The translations under genes and the position numbers were made by a program. DNA of 61,446 nucleotides, counting the filler, from Choristocarpus tenellus KU-1152 (taxonomy: Eukaryota > Protista > Phaeophyceae), in the NCBI GenBank assembly GCA_964200185.2. It is 10 parts of 10 records of this genome, joined end to end, with 100 filler letters (N's around TTAATTAATTAA, not from the genome) between each part and the next. Parts side by side here need not be neighbours in the genome. Positions count along the whole stretch, not along the records: positions 10,250 to 13,103 come from CAXNAD020024175.1; positions 13,204 to 19,758 come from CAXNAD020007877.1; positions 19,859 to 25,534 come from CAXNAD020010047.1; 7 more parts are not named here. One strand, written 5' to 3'. The stretch's first letter is position 1; the number at the start of each line of letters is the position of its first letter. Shown here one piece after another: positions 11,830-23,711 of the stretch. The notes beneath the pieces were generated by a model. It was not told the origin of the DNA and did no database searches. It was given only the letters and a program-made list of their open reading frames with translations.

Positions 11830-13103
11830 CTTCAAGCAGAATCAGATGGAAATTTGAGGACGGTGTAAGTATATCTTGAAGCTCTTTTCAAGACTTCCAC
11901 ACAAAAAATAAAAACAAATACAAATCGTCGTATGTACCCCTAGAACAATGTTTTGATACTAAAGAGCAAATTAGGGGCATCTGAATGAGAAAATAATGTT
12001 CAATTTATTGTTCAAGAGGAAATACTACTGGTGGCATTGGTAGATACACCTATATCAGAAAGGTACATCCAAATACGTACCAAATGCACTCAATGTAAGC
12101 AGCATCGATAAAACTTCAAATCAACAAAAATGATGCGTACCAGAATGTCAAAACTCTTGCCTGTGTCCCAGCTTCAAGTTTCCGATTTTCTTGGCATAAC
12201 GTATTGATTCTTGGAATGTCTCCTCAAACCCATCTTGTGAAATTCTTCTTTTTTCTCCTCACTTGCAGACAAATATTTCTTTCAAAAATAAATACGGCAA
12301 TGGGAGGGTTTATAAACTATGTTGAGAAGCCTACATCACCTAGAAATGTGCGACCGTATTTTGAAGAATACGTTTATGAGTTACAACATTAACATCTCTA
12401 TGGAATGTTGATGGTCTCTAAATTACAATTTGATCATGCACAAAGTCAATTTTTGACATAGACCTTGTCCGAGTTTAGATGGCAAATAGTAGACAATTGT
12501 CACCTGCGATTTGAGCTTACTATATGACAGGTACATATATTGCAAAGGTGAATATCACATTTACTAAATGATAAGATATGGCATTATACTTTTTTGTTGC
12601 TGCTGATCAAGAATATCTGCAACAGCATTATCACAGCTCACAAGCTCGATGTGTTCATGAATGAGAGAACTTTCTTAACAGCACATTTTGAAAAATTGAC
12701 AGGAGTATTGTGGCTTTATATTGTAAACAGTTACTCGAAATTATTGCCATACCAAGTACCTGGCTATATAAATCTATGAAGCCACAGAGCTTACACATGA
12801 AATTATGTCACTAAAGGTGCATCTCATCGTTCACGGAAAGCACTTAGCCCCAAGCACCTATCTCCGCAGTTCAGTCTTTCATCTTTCGTGTACACAAAGT
12901 ACTTCACAAGAATTTGTGAAAAGTAAGGTTTATAGTGCAAGGTTTCACTGGTTTCGAGAAATGCAACAAGATGTGTTACAGGCGAATAGCGTGAGCGTTT
13001 CTTCTTGTATTTCAACAAAGTTTGAGCATTTGTTACAGGCGAATAGCGCGAGCATTTTCTCCTCATGTGTTAGGAAATACGAACATTTGTAACAGACATA
13101 CAG

Positions 13104-13203
13104 NNNNNNNNNNNNNNNNNNNNNNNNNNNNNNNNNNNNNNNNNNNNTTAATTAATTAANNNNNNNNNNNNNNNNNNNNNNNNNNNNNNNNNNNNNNNNN
13201 NNN
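13104..13203. other. Artificial contig linker
   Basis: Same 100-nt linker. Confidence 0.98.
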
Positions 13204-13589
13204 CACCTTACTTGATAGGATGCCATCGCCCTTGAACCGACCTCAGAGCAGTTGGGGGGAGGGAGGGTTGAGGGGGCAATAGATGTCTCAGATTTAATAT
13301 TATAGGTCAATAAAAAAAACTACTAAATCTTTTCTTTTTAAAATGTCTTCAGAGATACAGATGCCTGCAGGTGGGCACCTTACTTGATAGGATGCCATCG
13401 CCCTTGAACCGACCTCAGAGCAGTTGGGGGGAGGGAGGGTTGAGGGGGCAAAAGATGTCTCAGATTTAATATCATAGGTCAATAAAAAAAATTACTAAAC
13501 CTTTTTCTTTTTAAAATGTCTTCATAGATACAGATGCCTGCAGGTGGGCGCCTTACCTGATAGGATGCCGTCGCCCTTGAACTGACCTC
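13204..13589. repeat. Tandem repeat, ~172-bp unit, at least 2.2 copies; truncated by contig start
   Basis: Units start at 13204, 13376 and 13549 (CACCTTACTTGATAGGATGCCATCGCCCTTGAAC..). Confidence 0.95.
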
Positions 13590-13632
13590 CTCTTCCCGCT
13601 TCCCTACTCTCACTCGGCCCGTGCATCATCAG

Positions 13633-16600
13633 GTGGACGAGTTGATCGGCCTATGGCGTGAGGAGTTCCCGAAGGGCATGGGTGCAGAGGAGTACAGACA
13701 AAAATCTAGAAGGTACTGTTCTAACGGTGTGTTCAAAGCAGTCTGGCTTTCACCAATGGCAAACGTGGTTGTCGCCTTTGTTCCTCCCCAGCAGCGAGTG
13801 GCCCGCCTTTACCTCAATTGTGCCTTGCCGTCCGGTTTTCTAATGACCAAGATGTACTCGACGATGAACCTTTGTTGTTGTTGTTGTTGTGGGTTTTTGA
13901 CGTTTGATGAGGCGGCGATGTATATATCCGAACGGGCTCAAAAACTGCGTACATGATCAAAGCAATGGTTTCCGCGAGAAGTGGGAGGCGCAGGATGTAT
14001 GTTCCCGGTGGGTGAAGCAGGACCGGGAGCGGAAGGGGCAGGAGACACGTTTCGGAGAGAGTATGTTGATCATTTTTTGACGACTCCAGTTTTCTTTTGT
14101 CGTGAGAATATCGGTGCAATCGCCAACGTTGGCAAGGTGTTGCCTTCGCTAGAGGCGAGCCATTTCCCTAAAAGTTGGAGAAATGCAAATGAACCGCATT
14201 GGCAAATATTTAAAATATATATATGTCAGATCGTCTTCAATTTGTCGTCCGGTCTGGTTGTGTGTGTGTGGGGGGGGGGGGGATTTTTTTTTTTTTTTTT
14301 CATGTAACTNNNNNNNNNNTTATGGGTGTGTTTTTTTCCTTGTTCTTTTCCTTGAAGGGGGGGATAAGTAAAGGTGGGGGGTTGGGGGGGGATTTTTTTT
14401 TTTTGTATCTCATGTAACTGTCGCACGCTCTTAGGGCTTACAAAATATCGTACTCAGGACAATGCGGCGCTCACCGCTGGTCGATAGGGTTAATAACCGG
14501 GAATGTGAATGCTGGACCGCACTAGGCCCGGAATGTCTGCCTTCCAGGATGACATTAGAGCCGGTTTGCCCTGCATCGTCTTGCGACGAGGTTACTCGAT
14601 AACATCCGCCTTCCAGGATGACATTAGAGCCGGTTTGCCCTGTAACGTCTTGCGACAAGGTTACTCGATAACATCTGTTGTCCAGCACTGCTTACATTTT
14701 ACAACCATCATCTGTTGTCTCTGCAATCAATCAGTGTCATGTCCTCTTTAGCGGTGCCTACTACTGTTCTGCAAGTGCTTGAGCGCGTTGACTACAGTGG
14801 CCGCGATTGATGCGCATGTGATCGTCGCTTCAAACACCACTTTTGATCTACAACGTGCATGTGGTCAGAGGTTTTAATCAGAGAGAGAGAGGGGGGGGGG
14901 GGTAATAATAGAAGGAATGTGTCTGAAGAAAGAAAAAAAAACAGAACAAAAAACAAGCATGTCGTGTGTGCAGCACACTGGCTCGTACAATGACCGTTGT
15001 CCAGCAAAAGCAAACACTTGGGGGGCGTTTTTCTCCACAGCAAGTTTTCGCCGTCCGGGACACACCTATGGTACTGTTTGTTGTGTCATGCCAGCTGTTT
15101 GGGATACGATGGAGGCAACTCTTTGGTCCGCAGGAGTATCCGGTGTATATCCTGGAAAGGCCCAGAGGATGTTTGAGGCGTAACCTCCGTTGCCAAGAAG
15201 AGGTGCTTCTTTTTGGTTGGGGTGTAGCGCTTGCTTAGGGTTAGGGTTGTGCCATGCGAGATTTTGTTAGGTTTGTCTCTGCCTGGTCTGTCTGTCCTGT
15301 GTTTGAACGCCTTTTTGGTGTGATTTTTTTGTGAGATGAACAGAAAAAAAAATTGACTTTGTTTGCTTGTAATGTGATGCAGAATATCGATCTCCCCCCC
15401 CTCCCCTCCCGGAACCCCTGAGGAGGGTTGCACGCACACTCCGTGTCAACATTGGGTTGACACTGTTTTCGGAGATTTTCTTTCCTCTTGTCTCCTTGTC
15501 TCCTCGGATTCAATTCCTGAGATGCAAGTGAGGCACATTGGAAAACAACAGACCGTGAAAAGATCTGGGGTTATATATGTCGGAGGCTCTTTTCAACTTG
15601 TTGGTCTTCCTTTTTAGTGTATTTCAGGCGTTTCTGCTGCACTCCGATCGCTAAAAAAAGAAGATGAAAATGCTATCATAACTAGGGGGGCTAGTGAACA
15701 ACAGTACACACAGTATAGAGCTCTAATCTCTTGTCACTTTTGGATCGCATGTAAAGAAAGAAAACAACATGAGTACGGTGTAGTTCTCATCTTTTGTCCC
15801 GTTTGGACTGCATGGAAAATGTTCCATTCGGAGTACCAATCCTGCGCCCCCTGACTGAGGAGGTACTCCTAGGGCTTACTCCAGGCGTTTGTGATGCTGA
15901 GAGTGTGCGTGTGTGTGTGTGTGTGTGTTTTTTCCTCTTTCCCACTCCAGAGTACTTTTTTGGTGAGAAAGAAAGCTGGAAGGCAAACTTGTGCTGTTGT
16001 AGTGTTGTCGAGGGGGCTAGGCACGTGCTTTGCGCTACGATTTCATGAGGGTATGCTTATTGCCTTGGAATGGAGACAATAACTGTGAGGACTCAATTTT
16101 TCTGCGGGCTCAAGGGTTCCTTTGTTTTGTTCGACTCAAAGTATTTGTTTTGGGGGGGGGTTCTACATCAGGGTGTCCATTCAGGCCCTGACCAGGGAAG
16201 ATGCACTTACATATCCATCCGACACATGCGCAACGAAATCACCCAAAAAATTGTGACATGAAAGAATGGGCCCTGAATGGACAGCTGCCGAGGCCCGCCG
16301 CCCCGCCGCCTCCTGGCGTGAGCGTGCCGGGGCNNNNNNNNNNCCTCAAATAGATTTGGCGCTTGATTTAAAGATTCAAAAACTGCCAGAAGAAGGCTAT
16401 TTTGAAGTGGAAATTTCAATCCCCCAGATACTTTGAGCCAAACTGGAGACCCCTCCCAAATCAGAAGACTGCTAACCAAGGAGGATTTGGTCTTTTATCT
16501 TTACAGTTTTAACCTGGACAAAACCAGTGCCACTGGCAACCAAATTTCACCCTTGATACCCCTGAGAGATCTCTCGTAGACTTCCAACCTGCTGGTAGAC

Positions 16601-17658
16601 AAGAGCGGGCACCCTAAAGTGGTGGGAGAATGAAACCTCACCTGGTTGATGCTCGTTGCTAAGGATATAATAAGATGGCAAAAGTTTTTTTTTCCTGTGC
16701 CTCTCTTGCTGTTCTTGTGTTTGCTACCGGAGGAGGAATCTATCATCTTTTTTTAAGTGAAGAGGTTATTTTTGAATATTTGAAAAAAAACACGCGCTAA
16801 AATAATGTTAAGTTAAATATGCCTTCTGTTTACTCAGTGTGACATGTGGGCTCTTATCTATTGGATTGTTTTGCTGCTTGTTATTGTTGAACAACTGTGT
16901 CGTGTCTCCTCCTGCCGAGGAATCTTGGCACAACTAAAATATACATACATGTATATATTAATATAATATAGATGCCTTCAACTTTGTGCAAAAAAGGAGG
17001 TGAATGGTAACTATCTTTTATCATATTCGTATTGTACAAGACAACTTTGGCGACAGCATCTTTTGCTACAAAACCTCTGCCGAACCCCTCCACAGCTTGC
17101 TCTAACCCCCCCCACGCTTCCATCCCTCCCCATTCACCCTAACCCGAATAATGCCACCACGACAGTTACGAGTACAGCATTCGGCACTTGTACGGCCTTG
17201 AGGGAAAAATGAAGGCGTTTAGCCCTCAGTCGTGCAGGAAAATAGCTCAGGGCTGGGGAAACGGAGAAGGGGGCGGTGCACACGGCTGCCCCTTCCACTC
17301 TCTACCAATAATGGGAACGGATGCGAGCAACGGATACTTTAGAGGAGAGTTTGGATCTGGTTCTGGGGTGGTGGAGATGGGGAATGGAGGCTTGCAACAG
17401 CTCTTGCACAGGACTGGAATGGGTGTGGGCGATATTGAAGACATTGTTGGTCCACTACGAGCGGCAAGGGTAGCTGGTAGTGTCACAAAGGATTCATCAT
17501 CAGATGAAGCACGGGCTGCCTGTCGAAGGCACTTGATGGTTGTTCACAGGGGCAAAGTGGGGAAGGCTGAGATGGCGGAAGTAGGGGCATCTCCGAATGA
17601 TTGGCTCATGGCCTCAGTCGAGGCACACTCCAAATTGTGGATGACACAGGAGGGGTGA
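13633..17658 (+). CDS. PRIM2: DNA primase large subunit-like, last two exons (Fe-S C-terminal domain)
   Basis: Exon 13633-13712 (VDELIGLWREEFPKGMGAEEYRQKSR) splices in phase to 17166-17658 (SYEYSIRHLYGLEGK..FSPQSCRKI..AHGCPFH..AACRRH..SPNDW*). This matches the PriL pattern FW..EF..Y.YNIRH.YG.EGK..Y.PYSC.KI..HGCPF..AC..HPN. Confidence 0.8.
14535..14677. repeat. 69-bp tandem duplication
   Basis: CCTTCCAGGATGACATTAGAGCCGGTTTGCCCTG..GGTTACTCGATAACATC occurs twice. Confidence 0.9.
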
Positions 17659-17802
17659 GCGACGGCGACAACGACAGGAGCAAATGGGTGTAGGTCAGGG
17701 CATTAACCACTCAACGCAGGGCGTCATTTTGTAGTGAGTGATGTAGAGCTCTGGAGAGGTTAAAAGCTAAAAAAATATCTCGGTATGTTTAATAGTAAGG
17801 TG

Positions 17803-19411
17803 GTACCAGTAGCTTCGCCCTCTGTGGCAGTTCTGGTTTTTTTCACCGGGATGCTGCAACAGATATACAACAATATATATATCAAATGAAAGCTTGTGAC
17901 AAGACCTTTTGAAGGTTTGTATGCATGAATGTAGAAACTTTGGTGAACGGGAATTATGTCCCGATAAAATAATGGAAAAAGAAACGCGGTTGAATATCTC
18001 CGGTGCAATTTTGAAGGTCACGACTTCAAAACTTGGAAAAATGAAGTGGTTGGCTGAACTCCTTGCAGAAAACTGTTCAGGGGTATGTCGCTGCCCAAGT
18101 TTGACTGCTGCGGCCCTCACCGAAAAAAAAAAAGAAGAAAAATCCCCCAAGATTTTCCTCTTTTTAACGCCTTTTGTAGACTTTTTGCGAGCACACACAC
18201 GCGTAACTTACACACCAAAATGAACCACGACAGTGAGACAAGGAGAGTCGCCGAGGCCGCTCTGCCCTCTGGATGTACCCTCGGCACCTTCTCTGTCGAG
18301 AGGGGCCGGAAAAACAAGTACCGTGTGAAACTCAGTGCGATGTTAGGTAACGAGAAAGTGTGAGTAGTGTGGCACAGCAGCATGATCAAATCTCGAAATG
18401 GACCACGTGGTCGCAACACTGACGCTGGGAGAAGACACATTGAAAGCATTACCACACAAACGTGGTTGGGTCTTCAACCACGTCAGAGCACTGCTCTGCA
18501 ATCTCTACCACCTCGGGAAAACAGGAAGAGAACAGCGAGTCCATCACCAGGCGGTACAGTGACGAAGTCTGTGGGGAAGCCTGGTCACGGCAGGCGAAGG
18601 GAGAACCAGAGTGGTCGGCCGAAGAGAAGGTTAGGGAGGAGAAAAGTGCAACTACGTGCCATTGCGCTCAGGAAGCACCTAAGCGAAAACCCAGGTGTAG
18701 AATATCTTAGTAGTCAACAGTTGCAGCAGGCCCTAGCTGTTTGGAAGCTATGTGAGCCAGAGTGGCTTAGGAAAAGAGAAAGGTGTTAGGATTGGGCTAC
18801 AAGAGCTCTGAATCCCGAAAGAAGGTAACCCATTTCCGGCACTCAACGAGGAATTGTGGTAGTAAAGGCTCTAACACTGCGATTCCTGTACCTGTGTATG
18901 AACGATGGGAAAGAATGTCAAACAGTGCTTGAGATGGCAGCAGGATAGGCGATGGTCAGGTCGGAAACTGTGAGTGAACGGGAGAGAGACTTCCTAACTA
19001 AGGGTCACATCAAGGTGTCGGAGCACGGGCGCGACGAGAGGTGTTTCCAGGTGGTGGGTGTGATGAAAGAACAGCAGTTCCTGTGTTGGTTGCCTCACGA
19101 GGACATCCTTACCGAGATCAAGGAGTGAGTGTGCCAACACACAGGAAGAAAGGGTAGGGAGGCTATTTTCCTGTCTAAACCCTATACTTTAATCAAGTAA
19201 TATCTGTTGCCACTCTTGGTGACCAACAATCCAGGGTTCGAACCCCAATATGACCGCTCTTTCTTCAAAAAAAGAAAAATGGCGAAGAAAACGAAGCCCC
19301 TACACTGGAGGGCAGTGTGATGGGCATCACGAATATGCTTTTAATTTTTAAATCCCATGTCTACATCAAAAGTTATGACGAGACAACCCCAGAGGGCGAA
19401 CCTACTGGTAC
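17803..19411 (+). mobile_element. Putative decayed DNA transposon bounded by inverted repeats
   Basis: GTACCAGTAGCTTCGCCCTCTG (17803-17824) and CAGAGGGCGAACCTACTGGTAC (19390-19411) match 21/22 as inverted repeats. They enclose one reading frame, 18220-19128, broken only by a few stops. Confidence 0.45.
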
Positions 19412-19758
19412 GTACCATTATAGTAAATGCGTTGAAAAAAAAAAAAAAAAGGGAAATAATCTATTGGAAAACATATGCACCACTTCTTTTTTCATGTATG
19501 TAGCAAGTTGCTCTCGTTTCTTTTTCTACTTTCAGATACGGAACTTCATTTAGTGTCCTATGATGAAAGAAGATACATACTTTTAAGAAAAAAATCTCAA
19601 TCAGTTAGAAAATTAATAATATATTGATTCGATTGAACTGCCTCGACGCACGATTCAGTGCATGCGAAACGCATGAAGGTCACCAAGTGGCATGTGACAG
19701 CTTGAGAACAGCCGATCACCAAAATGGAGGATGGAGCATACTATGGAGGATGAGTTTG

Positions 19759-19858
19759 NNNNNNNNNNNNNNNNNNNNNNNNNNNNNNNNNNNNNNNNNN
19801 NNTTAATTAATTAANNNNNNNNNNNNNNNNNNNNNNNNNNNNNNNNNNNNNNNNNNNN
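19759..19858. other. Artificial contig linker
   Basis: Same 100-nt linker. Confidence 0.98.
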
Positions 19859-19973
19859 AGATTTGTGTTGGAAGTCGTACGTGTCTCCTTCCTTCCTTTC
19901 TACCAGGATCGAACGACCCACTAATCGATCTTTCCGGCGCACCTCGCCCCCCCCCCCCCCCCCCCCCCCCCCC

Positions 19974-20020
<47 letters not shown>

Positions 20021-20568
20021 AGATACTTTGACCTTTCTGTTGTTGGGGTGCCGAGTAAGTGACGATGAGAATGAGTTTTCCCCATTAGCTCTATGCTTGG
20101 AAAATGGGAAGTAGAAGCTAGCTTGACCTGAATCAGAAGGATAGATTGCACCTCCCTTAGGGGTTTCTTCGAGCTAGGATGAGTAAGATCATTTGGTGCA
20201 ATGTGATAACCCACTGCCCCTGGTATGATGTACATGTGTCCGTGTGGTGGCATGGCTTGAGATTTGAATGTGGTCAAAACAATACGGTTCACAGTCAAAG
20301 TGTAATATATAAGCCTTCACACTGTGAGCTGAATAGTGTAAACGCAAAAAAGTGGTCGAGCACATCTTTGAGTACGACAAGTACACACTTTCTCCAACTC
20401 ACACATGACAAGCTCTCATCCATATCTGTTCCTGACGCCGACAATTACCTCCATGCAATCCTACCTATTACTTCTTAGGCCAGCTCCCGCAACCCTTTTG
20501 CTTTAGTACCAATCCCATTGAATGTGATGCTACATCTTCTGCGGTATCCCACTGAGGATATGTAACAG

Positions 20569-20790
20569 GTGCGGTTCAAATGAACTGTGAGTGCACATCA
20601 TCCGCAGTTAGCAGTTTCACCACCTCCCTGGAAGCAATAGCCCTCTCTGGGACAACGGAAGCATATGATGCCGAGTTCATCAACGGGGATGATACAACCT
20701 ACCTGGGCACCCCGCTGGACTGCTCCATCATACTCGGTGTCGAGGGGCTGGGAGAGGCTGAAAGTGAAACTACCAGCAGCAGTGAAGAGG
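20569..20790 (+). CDS. Possible isolated internal exon, unknown protein
   Basis: CAG acceptor, GTAAG donor, 222 nt open frame (AVQMNCECTSSAVSSF..YDAEFINGDDTTYLGTPLDCSIILGVEG..), GC-rich third positions. Confidence 0.45.
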
Positions 20791-23594
20791 GTAAGACGAA
20801 GAGGGTGGGGTAGAATATGCAGAAGAAACATGTGTGCTGTTTTGTTTTATTTTTTATTATTCCGTGTTTCAGAATGTAACAGAAAAGGCGACATCCACCA
20901 CCCTTATTTCTATAGATGAAGTGGTAAGATTGCCTCTTTTAGAGCATCGATTTCTCTATGGTTTAAACTGTATATGTTGCAGAATTTTCAGTAAGATTTT
21001 CTATATTCCCTGCTTGTACAATAAAACAAACTTTGCACTTTTATTAGCGCTCTTGAAAGGTGACCCTGGGGGTACCAGATCGGCTCACAGTTTTTTTTTC
21101 GTTGTACCTACCGAACTCCTACGTCTGAGGAACATGCTTGAAGATTGGTAAGAAGACGTGAGAGACGAAGGGGGACTGCTGTACCGACAAGGCCATAAAT
21201 CAGAATGTGAAGTGTAAGAAGAATAGGTGCTGCAACCAAGAAGGAAAACTGTGCTGGAAGGACAAGTGGGTGAGAACCATTTAAAATTATATTATTAAAT
21301 TCTAACCTCTTGAAGAAGAAGATGGAGAAGAAGAAGAAGGAGAAGGAGAAAAAAAGCATTGCCCACTACACGTTCTATACACACACCTGACCTTATCTTA
21401 ACCCTAACCCTAACTTTTTTGAAGAAGAGAAGAAGAAAAGGCGTTACCCACTACACGTTCTGTACGCATGTCTGACCTTCCCTTACCTTCCTCTGGCGAA
21501 TTGAATGGCCTCCCTCCTCCTTTTTTTGCAGGGGCACACTGATAACTGAATCGGAAGTAAGTGGGGGTGGCAAGACGTTTATGAAATCTCCGAAATTTTC
21601 CACCAAACAAACAGCACAATGAAGTACATACACACGATCGATCACAGTTGCTTCTGGGGTCACGTTGTATCAGCAACAAAAACCGAAAATCGTATTCTTG
21701 TATCGTTGGTTTGCACTATACCTGAGTTCCATCTTCTTACTCGGACCACCGGTGTGTCACTGGAAGTTAGCTGTATACTCTGAGGAACCACCACTTCAGA
21801 ACCAGTCTTCCAGCAATCTTTTTTTCTTCAAAATCAGATCCGAGTTTTGAAATGCAAGAAACTTCCCTCATTGGTCGGTGCTGCCTGCGAATCTCTTCTT
21901 GAAAAGTATATCAGTCGATCACATCACCCCTTCTACTAGAATGGGCTTCTCTTCCCCCCAAAAAATTGAAGTTTTTTTCAATGTAACTTTGGAAAGTGCT
22001 CTCCCCATGAACTGTATGTAGACCTCGTTTATTCTAAATATCATTGTCATTTGACTTATTAGCTTGCTAGACGATGGCCTCTTTCGACAAGGTTCTGTTG
22101 GCCCGTTCACAATAAATCCTTCGTCTAGTCTGTGTAATTTTGGTTGACAGAAGGTGTGGGATTCTGCACCATCATCACAGGATGCTGCCTCATCGTGTGC
22201 TATACTCTACCTAACAAGGCAGGGTATACCCTTTATCGGATGTTCTGTTTCATTTTCTCTCTCTTCCTTGTCGTTTGCATTGTTCACTAATTCCCACTGG
22301 GACCTCCTCCTCCTAACCAACCAGCCAATACCCCTCATCCCGACATGTGCTTGATGCCTGCTGGACTCCCTCGTTCCTTTTTGTCCAACAAGGGACTACT
22401 GTAAGCAGCTTGTGTGTGCGGCAGACAGCACCTGTGAGGAGGTCTAAAATCTCAGTCGTATGCAGAGGGAGGTCTGGAGGCTGTGCCCACACCTTGGGTG
22501 TCACACGGTTCGACTTGCCCATACCATAGTGGTGTCATTCTGAGGAGTTATGCGATGAACTAAGCCTCCAATAATATTCTATATCTGTTTTTCTTTTTCA
22601 CTACTCTCTACTTTGTCGGTTTTTCAATATACCACATGCTTTCAAAAGGTTAGTTGTATATCACCCTGCTTGTTGACTCTTTCCAAGTCAAGCACGGAGA
22701 CACCTTGACTTGACCTTCCAGAGGTCAGATGCTGTTGAGGGTTGTGTTTTTTGTATCAGTTGGGATCGAGCCAAACCTATCCTGAAAGAAGGGCGCATCA
22801 TTTTTTTTGTAAAATGAGTTTATGTTAGAACTCCATACGGAAATTATGTGCACCAAGGAGTGAAGGCGCATTGTTGACCCTCCTTCATAATTTCAATTTG
22901 ATTTCATCTTTCCTACAGAGTGCTTACCTTTCACAGCACACAGCTATTCCTTGTTTGTCACAAGGTTGCTGTTGCGTATCCACAGGAGTCATTTCCTGCC
23001 ACCTTGCCCCCTTACCACCCTTTCTTCTCATTGAAATGAGGCCGCATTGATTGCTCAGCTCAACTGAGTCAAAGTAAACGAAAGGTCATTTTTTTTTTAG
23101 TTTTTGAGCGTTCTGCATTTTAGAACATTTTTCCAAACTTTTGCAATTCACCCATATTTCTATGAAGTGCTCTAAGTTTGAATTGAGAGGGGTTGATCTC
23201 TCTAGCGCTTGCAAATTTTCCACATAGTTGCCGAAAACCTTAATTTTCCACACTGGGTATCCTCTCGGTTAGTTTGACTTCCTACAACAGTAACAGCCAA
23301 ATTGTTAAAGCAATGACCCCTCTCTGCATGGTGCTAAGAACCCTTAGAAACTTGCAACACTTACTTTAACAGTCAAATCTCTTGCCTACATGCATACGAC
23401 AGTGGCATTGCACGATAACCTTGATGTCTCCTTTTGAGGTGTCAATAACCGTTGCTGTTACAGCCGATACAGCCAGGTATGAGTGGCTGTACGAGTAGGA
23501 TACAGCCGATACTACCCCAAAATGCTTGTGTTGTAGCCATTGTTGGTGGCGTGGAATTACTACACTAAAAGAGAAAACTAAAGTAGTAAGTAGA

Positions 23595-23711
23595 AACTAT
23601 CTAGGCCATGCCTCAATCAACGCAAACTACGTATCAGATCATAAAATATTGGTACTATCTAGGCTATGCCTCGACCAACACAAACTACGTATCAGAACAT
23701 ACAATATTGGT
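23595..23711. repeat. ~58-bp tandem duplication
   Basis: ACTATCTAGGC.ATGCCTC..CAAACTACGTATCAGA.CATA.AATATTGGT occurs twice. Confidence 0.85.

Noticed and set aside
12141-12262. Candidate upstream exon of the metallopeptidase
   Set aside because: All three frames contain a stop between the candidate splice sites I tried.
14270-14420. Direct repeat G(n)ATTT(n)..CATGTAACT around a 10-N gap
   Set aside because: Low-complexity sequence on both sides of a gap, probably an assembly overlap artefact.
19863-20298. Poly-Pro / poly-Gly ORFs (also 1671-1907 and 26936-27190)
   Set aside because: They are translations of C/G homopolymer runs.
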